DNA of 64,000 bases from the human T2T-CHM13v2.0 reference genome, Homo sapiens: assembly GCF_009914755.1 (NCBI RefSeq), contig NC_060934.1, one strand, 5' to 3'. Of the stretch, positions 1 through 14,988 are shown piece after piece. A program made the translations under genes and the position numbers. The first letter of the stretch is position 1. Each line of letters begins with the position of its first letter. Under the pieces are notes generated by a model. It made no database searches, had not been told where the DNA came from, and was given only the letters and a program-made list of their open reading frames with translations.

Positions 1-247
1 TGGGAGGATTGCTTGAGTCACCAGTTTGAGACCAGCCTAGGCAACACAGCAAGACCCTGTCTCTACAAAAATATATATTTTTTCAATTAGCTAGGCATGG
101 TGGTGCATGCCTGTAGTCCCAGCTACTTGGGAAGCTGAGGGAAGAGGATTGCTTGAGCCCAGGAGGTCACGGCTGTAGTGAGCTCACCCATGATTGTACC
201 ACTGCACTCCAGCCTGGGTGACAGAGCAAGACCCTGTCTCAAGAAAG
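1..247 (+). mobile_element. AluJ (cut by window start)
   Basis: ggaggattgcttgag in both arms. Confidence 0.85.
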
Positions 248-513
248 AATTCAGAGGAGTTTGAGTAAAATTTGGCCAAGAAAAGAATCTTTGTCAAGGG
301 CCAGAGTCTAGGAATGAGGGACTGCAAAAAAACTTGAAGGAATCCAGCCCCCATACCAACCTTGGACCACATTCATCATGACTTTTCCATGGGGGAGAAG
401 TAAATTCTGATCTAGTCACAGCTCTGTCATGTTGAATTTTGCTTTTTTTTAAAATTTAAATCTCTATCTATCCTAAGTAATGAACTACCATCCCATCAGA
501 AATAGATTTTTAA

Positions 514-830
514 GGCTGGACACCATGGCTCATGCCTGTAATCCCAGCACTTAGGGAGGCTGAGGTGGGAGGATAATTTGAGATCAGGAGTTTGAGATCA
601 GCCTGGTAAACACAGTGAGACCCTGTCTCCACAAAAAAATTTTAAAAATTAGCCAGGCATGGTGGTGCACGCCTGCAATCCCAACTACTCCAGAAGCTGA
701 GGTGAGAGAATCACTTGAGCTCAGGAGTTCAAGACTGCAGTGAGCTATGTTCACGCCAGTGCCCTCTAGCCTGGGCGACAGAGCAAGCCCTCATCTCTTT
801 AAAAACAAGGAAAAAGAAAGAAAGAAAATA
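514..830 (+). mobile_element. AluJ
   Basis: Dimeric Alu with A-rich tail. Confidence 0.85.
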
Positions 831-2036
831 AATATATTTTAATGTTTATTTTTTGAACCTCTGCTGCCAGCAATGGCAATAGTTAATTTATAGATGTTGG
901 TTTTAAAGGTATCTGCTATTCTTATTTCCTGCCTTTCCAACCTGTAGGAAATACTTCAGCTTGAAACTTCCACCCTGCTCGGTGCATGAGCCAGAGAGGT
1001 GCATGGAGTGTGCAGGTAGAATGGAGCAGAGAGGTACAGAGGATTTTGGAACTGTTCTTTCAAGAGGTTTGATTCTAATATGCCCAGGTTACCCAGCTGA
1101 CTCCATGGGAACCTACATGCGCATAGAGCCTCAGCCTAACCTGCTGAGTCACAGTAGCAGGAACAGACTTCCAGCTTCTCCCCACATGAGCAGGCCACTC
1201 ACTCCTCAGAGGCATTCATCCTTTTCTGATCTCTGTTGGAAGAACTGGCTACTGGCCAGAGGCCTGGGATGAGGATCCTCTCCACAGCTGACCCCAAGTA
1301 CCAAGGAAATTGGAGGCAGAACTGGCATAGGAGCCAGTTGGGAAGAAGTGAGGGAGGTGGCACTGGGTCACTATACTGATGGTTCCCCATCGCTAGCACC
1401 ACCACTGGGCAGCGGGGCATGGGCATGTTTACCCAACTTAAAGATCCAGGGCAATTTTCGTAGTTTTTGAGAGAAGCCTTTCTGGGTTGCTGGTTCCTGG
1501 TCCCCAGCCCAGCTCTAAGCCCAGTGGGTCAGGAAGTGCTCAGGGGCTGCCAACTGACTTAGGGTATCCACACTGCTTGGAGAAGCTGCTTCTGAGCCCT
1601 ATCCACTATGTCAGGCTGAGCCAGATGCCAGCTCACATAAGTTATATTTGCTATAACCTCTGCATGGCAACTGGGAATCCTGAGTCCTCTTCACAATGTC
1701 CTCAGTTCTCCTAGACTGGGGATCATCCATCATCCCTTTCCTACCTGGCCCGTTACTGGGCCAACTTCCCAGATGGGACGGAGTTGGCTGGCAGGCAGAC
1801 CTCAGAAGGGTCCACTGTCTGAGAATGAGGTTGAGCATCAGGGAGAGCTACTGAGCTTTGAACAAGCCAAGAGAAATGTTTCTTGTAACTGTGGCTGGAG
1901 TCTTCTGCCTGGAAAGATAGGCAGGAGATACTGCTTCAACAACCAAAGGAAGCAGGAGACATCCCACTTGATGACCCCAATATTTCCCTGCTGCCATAAA
2001 TGTGTTTTTTCTTTTTTAAATATTACCTGGTCCCAT

Positions 2037-2496
2037 TGTTCCTTCCGGTGGGTTCGTGGTCTCGCTGACTTCAAGAATGGAGCTGTGGACCTTCCTGGTG
2101 AGTGTTACAGCTCTTAAAGATGGCACAGACCCAAAGAGTGGGCAGCAGCAAGATTTATTGTGAAGAACAAAAGAACAAAACTTCCGTAAGGTGGAAGGGG
2201 ACCCCAGCGGGTTGCCACTCCTGACTGCGGTGGCCAGCTTTTATTCCTTTGTTTGTCCCTGCCCACATCCTGCTGATTCGTCCATTTTACAGAGTGCTGA
2301 TTGGTCCATTTTACAAACCTCTAGCTAGCCCCAAAGCACTGATTGGTGCATTTTTACAGAGCACTGATTGATGCATTTTACAAACCTCTAGCTAGCCACA
2401 GAGCGCTGATTGGTGCGTTTTACAATCCTCTTGAAAGACAGAAAAGTTCTCCAAGTCCCCACTCGACCCAGGACGTCCAGCTGGCTTCCCCTCTTA
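2037..2496 (-). mobile_element. Solo LTR12F (ERV9-family LTR)
   Basis: Repeated ctgattgg (CCAAT) units and LTR12F-type U3/R/U5 sequence; 4-bp TSD CCAT at 2033-2036 and 2497-2500. Confidence 0.85.
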
Positions 2497-2987
2497 CCAT
2501 GGGCTTTTGGCAACCCCATTTGCCCCAAAACAGCAGGTCAACTCTCTACTTTTTCCTAGTGCAGCAGCACAACTTCTCCCAAATGCTGCCATAAGGTATT
2601 GAAAGCTACAACCTCTCTCCATATGTTTAGACACCATCTTAGAAAGAAAAGCAAAACCGGAGGCAGCCATTGAGATCTTGGGCCTTTTTATACAACATTG
2701 AAGACTTCTTAAACAGTATTATTCGAAAGATCACCTATATCCAAGTTTTAAATAGATTAATATTTTGTAATTATTTTTTCTCAAAAAACAGCGAATAGAG
2801 AGAAACTCAGGAAAAAATCCAGATTAGTTACAGTCAAATAAAGGAATTTCTCTTTTCCTGCCATTATGGGCTGAATTGTGTCCTCTTAAAATTCATGTTG
2901 ATAGACTTTCTTTAAAAAAAAAAAAGAATAAAAAAGGATAAAAAGAAGTATAACATGAAAATATGTTATTAGTATAAAAAAATTTAC

Positions 2988-3305
<318 letters not shown>

Positions 3306-3315
3306 ATATACATTA

Positions 3316-3612
<297 letters not shown>

Positions 3613-3804
3613 GTAGTTTGACCTAAGCCCCAGATGGGGGGAACAGATCTGAGTAAAGCCCCTTGCTGGTTGACCTTGCAATAGAGCCTTTTATTTTTTC
3701 AAAAGCTGGTGCCCTAGTATTGTCTTCTATGTGCATCAGACAGTGAGCCTATTTCTTGGTAACATCTTAAATTTTTCACATAAATGGGAGCATGTTGTAA
3801 TATC

Positions 3805-3985
3805 TAGTTATTTAGCACTTCCTACGTGCCAGGCTTACATACATAAGCTCACTTAATTCTCATAGCAACCTAATTTTTTCCCCATTTACAAACATGAAAA
3901 CTAGGGGACAGAAAAATAAAGTAGCTTGCCCAAAGCCTCACAACATGGAAGTGACAAGTGGCAGAGCCAGGATTTACAGCAAGGT
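3805..3985 (-). mobile_element. MIR
   Basis: cccatttacaaacatgaaaact...cttgcccaaag...aagtggcagagccaggattt. Confidence 0.7.
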
Positions 3986-4030
3986 GGTGAGGCTGTGCAA
4001 TTCCCAGGCACAGAGAAACTTGTTTTTTCA

Positions 4031-4399
<369 letters not shown>

Positions 4400-5099
4400 T
4401 TAAGAGACACTTGGAATTCCACGTTTTATTCTGGGGTATAAAAATGAAGCCCGCATATTGCTGCTTTAACAAGTAGCCTTCTGTCCACCTTCAAGAATAG
4501 TGACTCATCTGGAAGGAATGGAGGCATTTCCTCTCTCATCAATAGAAGTAGAGATTGGTCTTTGTGTTTCTGAAGACTGGTGGGTGCTCCTTAACTTAGA
4601 GCGAAGACACTTTTTTCATCGTTAACAGTTAGAGCTCCTTTTTGAGAAGCGTTACCTGAGAGGATGTTAAGCCTTATTATGAGAGAAAGGAGGCAAAATG
4701 AGTGTTTGCAGGAGTGGTACTAGAGAGATTTGGAGCTGGCACCCTAAGACATGACTGGGAGTAGGGAACAGGGCCAAGGTCTCTGGGTCCTGAGGCTGGG
4801 AACCTGGCCATTGATGAATGGTCCCATCGGTGGTGTGTGGCCTGGAATAGATCTGAATGGAGGAAGGGGCTTTAGGGGGTTCTGGACAAATGCCCAGGAG
4901 GGATATCAGACCAGAGAAGGGGCGCCCTGCACCAAGAGGCAACTCAGCAGGGCAGGCCCAGTGGTGGGAAAGGAGTCTACAGCGGTGGTCATGTCCCCTG
5001 TCTGCCCTGCCCAGTGTGGGGAACCCCTTAAGCCCATGTCCCACCACGAAACCTCCTCACAGCTCAGCTGCCAGTGAGGGGCTTCCCCTTAGTGCCCCA

Positions 5100-5465
5100 G
5101 GAATTTGGCAAGCTTTCAAGATCATCTTTTTCTCCTATTCTCAATCTCTTTTTCTGTTTGCTCCCATTTGCAGATATCCTTAACTTTATTTTCTAGCCGT
5201 TCTATTGAGTTTTCATCACTGCTATATCTTTTTCATTTTGAAGGACTCTTTTGTGTTTTTTATGACATTTATTCTTGTTTCATGGATGCAATATTTTTTC
5301 TTATTTCTCTGGATGTATCACTTATAGTTTTTAGGAATGAAGCATAAGGGGGCTAGTTTTCTTCCTCTTGGAGTTTCCAGATCCTTTCAGGTTTATTTGC
5401 CTGGGTCTCTATTTTCCATGTTAGAGGTTGTCCTCTAGTGTCTTGCAATTCTGGTTTCTTATTTG
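5100..5465 (-). mobile_element. Old L1 (L1M) fragment
   Basis: T-rich, with gtttcatggatgcaatattt..cttatttctctg typical of old L1M. Confidence 0.5.
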
Positions 5466-5592
5466 TTGTTAAATGGGGAGGGCAAAATAACAGATCCTAC
5501 CAAACAATATTGAATTCTGTATATGTATAAAAGAGAAATTACCTTCTTTTTCAAATGAACATAAAACATTCATGAAAATTGACCAAATATTA

Positions 5593-5970
<378 letters not shown>

Positions 5971-6571
5971 TCATAATGCAATAAAACTAGAAATTAATGA
6001 CAGATTTTTTTAATCTGAAAATTCCTTTTTCCTGGTAATTTAAAAATACTCCTTTAAGCAGCTCCTTGGAAAATGAAAAAATAAAATTATTGAATTTCTT
6101 GAAAATAATAATAAAAACAAGACATATAATCTCTGTAATAATGCTAAAGTAGCTGTGTTTGTTGTTATGATATGTATATTGTTCTTTGTCCACAGTTCCT
6201 GGCGCATAACTCCCATAACTTTTGTTAGTCTTCTGTTACAATGTTGGGTGTGTTAAGTCTCAGGAAACAGAATCTCTCTGACCTTCTCCTCCCCTTCTTT
6301 CACCTGCCCAAAGGCAGGACTCTAATCTTTCCTCATTTCTGACTGTGAGTCCTAAAACCCTTATTCCAGAGAGGGTTCCACTCCATTCCCTGGGGGAAGA
6401 ATGCTGAGGTCCTGAAGCTTCCATGAAAACCCAAGATGCCTGAGTTCAGAGAGGTTCCAGGTAGCTGAATACACGGAAGTTTCTGAGGAGTGGCACACCC
6501 CTTCCCCCCTACCTCTGCCTATGCATCTTTTCATCGGTATCCTTTGTTACATCCTTTAAAATAAACCATTA

Positions 6572-6945
<374 letters not shown>

Positions 6946-6960
6946 TCATGTAACCCCAAC

Positions 6961-7083
6961 ATTTTTATTTAATAGAGATGGGATCTCAATGTGTTACCCA
7001 GGCTGATGGCAAACTCCTGTCGTCAGGTGATCCTCCTGCTCCCAAAGTGTTGGGATTACAGACATGAGCCACCATCCCCAGCT
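6961..7083 (-). mobile_element. FLAM/Alu left monomer
   Basis: Single monomer. Confidence 0.75.
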
Positions 7084-8883
7084 GGGAACCTCAACTTGAA
7101 GCCGATCAGTCAGAAGTTCCAGAGTCTCGGACTTGCCACTGGGTGTCTAAAGGGAGGGAGACTAGCTTAAGGGACTGAGAGCCCTCAACCTGTGGGATCT
7201 GATGCTGTCTCCAAGTAGATAGTATCAGAATGGAATTGGAGAATATGCAGCTGGTGTCCACTGCTTGTTGGTGGGGAAAAAACTTCACACATTTGGTCAC
7301 AGACATTTTCTGTGTCGATTGCTGTGTTGGTGTGAAAGCAGAGGGAAAACATGGTTTGAGAATTTTTCCCAAAGAGCAGTTATTACAGGAAAATTTATGC
7401 CTTTAAGTATCTGGCGCAATAAAAATGAAAGCATAAATATAAATAAATTTAATGTCTGAAATAGAAAACAAAATGGCAGAGTAAAACCAAGAGAAGCAAA
7501 AAAGGAATTAATAAAGATAAAATTATAAATAATGATTTGGAAAACAGAAGAGTAAAAATAATAAATTTAAAAGCTAGATATTTGAAAAACACAAAAAATA
7601 CACAAACTCTTATCTAATTTAAGCTTTAAAGAAGAGAAAACACAAATACAAAAATATAGAAATAATAGCATAAAAAATAGAAAGCAATTTAAGAAGAAAG
7701 TACTTTGTTCAACTCTGTGCAAATAAGTATGAAAATCTGGAAGAAATGGGTATTTTTTAGACAAATACAACTTACTAAAATTGAAACCAGTAGAAACAGA
7801 AAGTCTAAAACTAATTTCTGAGGAGGAAGTGAAAAGGCTGAATAGTTCTTTCATAAAAACAAAGAAACACTAAGCCAAATGATATCACAAAGGACTACGT
7901 AATCTTTAAGGATCAGCTAATTCCATTGTTACTTAAACTATTTCAGGACATTTCATTTTAGGAAGCGTATTTTTTGTAGAGACAAGAGTCTCTATTAATT
8001 ATACTATTAATCCCCCAACCTGACAAAGATTGCATTGTTTTTATTCCTATATATTTCAGATTTGTTTGGAATAAATTTCAAAGATTTTTATTCCAATAAA
8101 AGAAAACCACAGACAATTCTCCCTTAAGAATTTCAATGCAGAAAACTTAAAATAGACCCTGGCAGCAGATTAAATGATGCATTGTGATCAAGTGGGGTTG
8201 ATTTTAAGAATGCAGTGTTTCAATGTCAAATTGAAATTTGAGAATGCAAAGTGTTTCATTAATATATGATCATCTCTACAGATGTAGAAAAGACATTTAG
8301 CAAATTCAATATTGGTGTACTTTTTTTTACAACAAAACATTCAGTAAACTAGGAATTGATAGCTATATCCTTAACATGATAAAAAATGTATCATAGCCCA
8401 AAAGTCAGCATCTTAGTAGCTTTTCTGCTAAAGCAATGAAAAAAACAAAGATTTCATTATGTCCTGTACTATAAAACATAATGTTGGCAGCATTAGCCAA
8501 TAAATGCTATTTACAGAGGTCATGATTATGTCTGGAAAACCTTGAAGAATTGGTGAGAAAACTCATACAAACAAGATAATGTAGTAAAGTACCAAATGTT
8601 TACAATCAAATTAACATATAAACACCAAAGACATGCATACATACAAACTAGAAACAGAAGACATAGTGGAAAACAAGACTCCATTTATTACAGCACACAA
8701 AATACCAGGCATAAAAATAAGAGATAACGTCCAAAAGATGAAAACTACAAAATAATTCTGAACTCACAAAAATGAATTTGAAAAAATAGAAAGACATGCC
8801 AAGTTGCTGGATAAGAAGATTCAATCTTATAAAGATGAGGTTTTAAATAAGGTATTATAAAACTAATTTATAAATGCAAAGCA

Positions 8884-9020
8884 GGCTTGGTAAGGTGGCT
8901 CATGCCTATCCCTTTGGGAGGCTGAGGCAGGAGGGTTGCTTGAGGGCAGGAGTTCAAGACCAGCCTAATTAACATAGTGAGATTCTTGTCTCTACAAAAA
9001 ATATAAAAAATAAATAAATA
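8884..9020 (+). mobile_element. FLAM/Alu left monomer
   Basis: Single monomer with A tail. Confidence 0.75.
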
Positions 9021-9221
9021 TAAAGCAATTCCAATAAAAATGCCATCTACCTTTTCACCTGGAACTAGATAGGTTGATTATAAAATTTATTTGGAAGAAC
9101 AGAGAAACAAAAATAACCAGAAAACTCATGGAAAAAAATAAAAAACCAATGCAGAGGCTGAGGGCTAGCTTTACCAGGTATTAAAATATATTATTCAGTT
9201 TCTGTATTCAAAACATTTTGA

Positions 9222-9517
9222 GGCCGGGCAAGGTGGCTCACACGTGTAATCCCAGCACTTTGGGAGGCTGAGGCAGGCGGATCATGAGGTCAGGAGTTCG
9301 AGACCAGCCTGACCAACATGGCGAAACCCCGTCTCTACTAAAAATACAAAAATTAGCCAGACGTGGTGGCATGCGCCTGTAATCCAGCTACTCAGGAGGC
9401 TGAGGCAGGAGAATTGCTTGAACCCGGGAAGGGGGAGGTTGCAGTGAGCCGAGATAGCACCATTGCACACCAGCCTGGGTGAGAGAAAAAGACTTCGTCT
9501 CAAAAAAAAAAAAAAAG
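9222..9517 (+). mobile_element. AluSg-like
   Basis: Dimeric Alu; TSD aaacattttga. Confidence 0.85.
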
Positions 9518-9650
9518 AAAACATTTTGATAATGGCTCAATATATAGAACATTTTAAAATATAAAAATAGACTAAATTGAATTTGAAAAGGTAATACATG
9601 ACAAAGTAGCATCTTAAACCAGTGAGGAAATAATAGACTTTTAAAAATAC

Positions 9651-9947
<297 letters not shown>

Positions 9948-9961
9948 AAAAAAAAAAAAAA

Positions 9962-10860
9962 TACTCTTTAATTGAGGTATAATTATTATATTAAAACGAA
10001 CAGCTTTTATTTGAATAGTTCAATGAATTTTGACAAATTTATACACCAATGAAACCACCATGTCAATCAAAACACAGAGCATTTCCAGGACCCCAGAAAA
10101 TACTATCATGCGACTTTTCCTTCACCATCTTCCCATTTGCCCCCAAGGCAACCATTATTTTGATTTCTATCATCATAGGCTAATTTTTTCTGTGGTAGAA
10201 TTTTATACAAATGAAATAATACAGTATGTACTCTTTAGTGTCTGGCTTCTGTTGCATGTCTCAGTAGTTCATTCCTTTTAAATGCTGACCTACTATTCTC
10301 TTGTATGTGTGTACCACGATTTGTTTATCCATTTACCTGTTCATAAACAAGTAATTATTGCCAGTTTGGGCCTTTATGAACATACTCACTTAAGTCATTT
10401 TGTGGACATATGTTTTTATTTCTCTTGAGTAAATACCTAAAACTGAAGTTGCTGGATCACACAGCAAGGACATGTTTAACTTTATGAACAACTAACAGAG
10501 TGAGCTTCAAAATAGTTTTATCGTTTTAAATTCTCACCAGCAGTATATGAGAGAGTTCCAGGGGTTTCATATTCTTCCCAACATTTGGTGTTGTCAGTCC
10601 TTTGAAATTCTTAGCCAAATTATATGTTAATGTGAAGTGAGATGTCATTGGACTTTAATGTGCATTTCCTTGGTGACTAATGATGTTAAGCACCTTTTTA
10701 TGTGCTCATTTATGTGTCTTCTTTTGTTAAGTGTCTATTTATTACAGTTGCCCATTTCAAAATTTGGGTTGTTTGTCTTTTCATTATTAATTTGGTGAGT
10801 TCTTTAAGTATTCTCAGTACAAGTTATTTTTCAGATTCACAGTTTTCTTGTGGTAATTAG
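9962..10860 (-). mobile_element. L1M (MC/MD/ME-type) 3' end
   Basis: tttaattgaggtataatt...gaattttgacaaat...ttctcttgagtaaatacctaa...tgcatttccttggtgactaatgatgtt. Confidence 0.75.
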
Positions 10861-10879
10861 TTTTTCCTTGAAAATATGA

Positions 10880-11261
<382 letters not shown>

Positions 11262-11605
11262 TAAAAAGGCATTCCAGATCTCTTCCACTTTGAATTAAAT
11301 TTGATAATTTTCAGGGGAAATTTTTCTTTCATTGAGATTATCAAATTTATAACTACAAAACTAGTCATACTCAGAATTTTTAAATAATTAAGTCTCTTAA
11401 GGATCTATTGTTAGCCTACATGTTAATGTTCGTGATTAACTTCAGTTGCTTCTTATATGATATTTAATTCATTTAATTCTCACAAGAAAAACATATTTCT
11501 TAGCTTTTGCAGGTCTGCCTATGTCACTGACATAGTTTGATATATGTCCCCGCCAAATCTCATGTTGAACTATAATCCCCAGTGCTGGAGGTGGGGCCTG
11601 GTGGG

Positions 11606-11789
11606 AGGTGTTTGGATCATGGGAGTGGATCCCTCATGAATGGTTTGGCCATCCCCTTGGTGATAAGTGAGCTCTTACTCTGAGTTCATAAGATATCAGG
11701 TGTTTGGATCATGGGAGTGGATCCCTCATGAATGGTTTGGCCATCCCCTTGGTGATAAGTGAGCTCTTACTCTGAGTTCATAAGATATC
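11606..11789 (+). repeat. Perfect 2 x 92-bp tandem duplication
   Basis: 11606-11697 is identical to 11698-11789 (aggtgtttggatc...cataagatatc). Confidence 0.95.
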
Positions 11790-12015
11790 TGGTCATTTAA
11801 AAGTGTGTGGCATCCCTCCCCTTCACTCTCTCTCTCTTGCTTCTGCTTTTGCCATGTGATGTACCTGCTTCTCCTTCATCTTCTGCCATGATTGTAATCC
11901 TCCCAAGGCTTCCTTAGAAGGCAAGCTGATGCCAGCATCATGCTTCCTATAAAGCCTGCAGAACTGTGAGCCACTTAAGCCACTTTGTAAACTACCTAGT
12001 CTCATGTATTTCTTT

Positions 12016-12314
12016 CTTTTTTTTTTTTTTTGAGATGGAGTCTCACTCTGTCACCCAGGCTGGAGTGCAGTGGCACAGTCTCGGCTCACCGCAACCTTCG
12101 CCCCCTGGGTTCAAGCGGTTCTCCTGACTCAGCCTCCCAAGTGGCTGGGATTACAGGCACACACCACCACGCCCGGCTAATTTTTTGTATTTTTAGTAGG
12201 GACAGGGTTTCACCATTTTGGCCAGGCTGGTCTTGAACTCCTGACCTCAGGTGATCCACCTGCCTTAGCCTCCCAAAGTGTTAGGATTACTGGAGTGGGC
12301 CACCGCACCTGGCC
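12016..12314 (-). mobile_element. AluSx-like, inside the MST LTR
   Basis: TSD tca(t/g)gtatttcttt. Confidence 0.85.
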
Positions 12315-12355
12315 TCAGGTATTTCTTTATAGCAATGCGAGAATGGACTCACACA

Positions 12356-12977
12356 CTGCTATAGAAATCAGTATGACATTTCCTCAAAAAATTAAAAAAG
12401 AATTACCATGTGATCCGACAATTTCACCTCTGAGTAAATAACTAAAAGAATGGAAAGCACAGTCTTGAGGAGATATCTGCACACTCACATTCATAGTAGC
12501 ATTATTCATGATAGCCAACAGAAGGAAGGAACCTAAGTGTCCACCAATGGATGCACAGATAAGCAAAATGTGGTTTATGCATCCAATGGAATGTTATTCC
12601 ACCTTAAAAAGAAAAATACTGACACACCCTACAACATGAATGAATCTTGAAGACATTATGCTAAGTGAACTAAGCCAGTCATGAAAAGACAAATGCTCTA
12701 TGGTTCCACATATATGAGGCACACAGAGTAATGAAATTCATAGAGACAGAGAGTAGAACAGTGGTTCCCAGGGGCTGGGGGAGAGGGGAATGGGGAATTG
12801 TTGTTTCATGGGTATAGAGTTTCAGTTTTGCAAGATGAGAACAGTTCTGGAGATGGATGGTGGTGATGGTTGCACAGCAACATGAGTGTACTTAATAGTA
12901 CCAAGCTATACAATTAAAAATGGTTGGGAGTAAATGTCATGTGTATTTTACCACAACAATTTTCAAAAAAAAAAAAT
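12356..12977 (+). mobile_element. L1MB-type 3' end with A tail
   Basis: gaattaccatgtgatcc...cattatgctaagtgaa...ggagatggatggtggtgatggttgcaca...taccacaa followed by poly-A. Confidence 0.85.
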
Positions 12978-13112
12978 CTAGTGCATATCAGGTTCACAAT
13001 CATGTTAGTTTAATTTTTCCTTCACAGGAGAGGAAAACATGGAAGCAATGTGAACTCTCCATGAATTTGTAAGCTAAATCATGTAGAATCCATACTCTCT
13101 CTGGAACCTCTA

Positions 13113-13366
13113 TAGCAGGCTGGCAGACTGCAATGCTTACAGGAACCAGGCAAGCAAATGAGTGGATGGAGTTAGTGTAGACAAAAGGGCCTTATATGAC
13201 TCTGGCCAATTGGAGAGAACTGAAAATGTGGATTTTTTAAATATGTGAAATTCATCAACTTTTAAATTTTTGGTAATGAATTCAAATTTTAAAAATCATG
13301 GTGTGGCCAAACAAAATGTACCTGTGGGCTGAATTTTATCTAAAGCTGTTATTTTGTGCACTCTGC
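13113..13366. mobile_element. MER102-like hAT-Charlie element
   Basis: gctggcagact.caatgc.tacagg..ccaggcaag and gtgtggccaaacaaaatgtacctgtgggctg ends. Confidence 0.55.
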
Positions 13367-13411
13367 ACAAGAGATGAAGGGAAGATTGCCAATGTACAGG
13401 CATCTTGCCTG

Positions 13412-14988
13412 CTGTGGCCAGGCAAAGAGGCTATGGTGACAGGGATGGAGGTTATGAATGGGCTCAGCAACATGGACTTCCACTCACCAAGGCTGACCTG
13501 GCTACGGCTACCATTAACTGCCCAATTTCCCAGCAGCAGAGACCAACACTGAGCACTTGATGTGGCGCCATTCCTTGGGGTGATCAGCAAGCTACTTGTT
13601 GGCAGGTTCATTATATTGGACCTCTTCCATCATGTAAAGGACAGCAGTTTGTCTTCACTGGAATAGCCACTTGCTCCAGATATGGGTTTGCCTATCCTGC
13701 ATGCAATGCTTCTGCGAAGACTACCATCCGTGGACTCACAGAATGCCTTATCCAGCATCATGTTACTCCACACAGCATTGCCTCTGACCAAGGCACTCAC
13801 TTTACAGCTAAAGAAGTGCAGCAGTGGGCTCATGCTCATGGAATTCACTGGCCTTACCATGTTCCCCATCATCCTGAAGCAGCTGGATTAATAAAATGGT
13901 GGAATGGCCTTTTAAAGTCACAATTACAATGCCAGCTAGGTGACAATACTTTGAAGGGCTGGGGAAAAGTTCTCCAGCAGGATGTGTATACCCTGAATCC
14001 GCATCCAATGTATGACACTATTTCTCCTGTGGATTTCTCCTTGAGGATTCATGGATCCAGGAATTAAGGGGTGGAAGTGGAAGTAGCACCACTCACCATC
14101 ACCTCCACTCATCATCATCCCTAGTGACCTACTAGCAAAATTTTTGCTTCCTGTTCCTGCAACGTTATGTCTTGCTGGCCTGGAGGTGTTAGTTCCAGAA
14201 AGAGGAATGCTGCCACCAGGAGACACAACAATGATTCCATTAAGCTGGAAGTTAAGATTGCCACCTGGCCACTTTAGGCTCCACCTACCTCTAAGTCAAC
14301 AGGTTAAGAAGGGAGTTACAGTGTTGGCTGGGTTGATTGAGCCATACTACCAAGATGACATCAGTCTACTACTCAACAATGAAGGTAAAGAAGAATATGA
14401 ATGGAATACAGGAGATCCATTAGGGTGTCTCTTAGTATTACCATGCCCTATGATTAAGGTCAATGGGAAACTACAACAACCCAATTCAGGCAGGAATACA
14501 AATAGCCCAGACCCTTCATGAATGAAGGTTTGGGTCACTCTACCAGGTAAAAAACCATGACCTGTTGAGGTGCTTGCTGAGGGCAAGGGGAATACAGAAT
14601 GAATAGTAGAAGAAGGTAGTCGTCAAGACCAGCTACGACCACATGACCAGTTGCAGCAACGAGGACTGTAATTGTCATTAGTCTTTCCTCCTTCTTTTGT
14701 TAAGAACATGTTTGTGCATGTGTACACTTGTACTAAGAAAATATCTTCGTTTTATTTCCTTTATTTTTCCTTTGTCATGTGACATAAGATTTATTGACTT
14801 CATATTAGCATTTAAGTGTTGTTAACTTTACGAAATAGCATTTAGGTTAAGGATTAGTACACTTCCGGTTGTATGAAGGATGGCTGTATTCTATTAGGCA
14901 TAATTATGACCTTATTATTATCTTTATTTGAAGATTATGTATGATTTCAGGAGATGTGTATGGGTTCAAGGTTGACAAGGGGTGAACT
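13412..14988 (+). mobile_element. HERV-L internal fragment (degenerate integrase and dUTPase, polypurine tract)
   Basis: Translations ...SIASDQGTHFTAKEVQQWAHAHGIHW.YHVPHHPEAAGLI..WNG (integrase) and PPGHF...KKGVTVLAGLI (dUTPase) with stops and frameshifts; PPT gacaaggggtgaac before the LTR. Confidence 0.9.

Larger units (their letters stand above)
11528..12355 (+). mobile_element. MST-family (MSTB-like) MaLR LTR with an internal duplication and an Alu insertion
   Basis: ccgccaaatctcatgttgaactataatccccagtgctggaggtggggcctgg start and atagcaatgcgagaatggactcacaca end. Confidence 0.85.

Noticed and set aside
2270-2425. Regularly spaced ctgattgg repeats with spacers, superficially CRISPR-like
   Set aside because: These are the normal CCAAT-box tandem units of the LTR12 U3 region in eukaryotic DNA, with no cas genes
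14144-14521. 125-codon dUTPase-like ORF
   Set aside because: This is an HERV-L remnant. It starts at TTG, and the motif-3 IDPDY with its catalytic Asp has degenerated to IEPYY. The surrounding integrase is frameshifted. It is not a functional gene.
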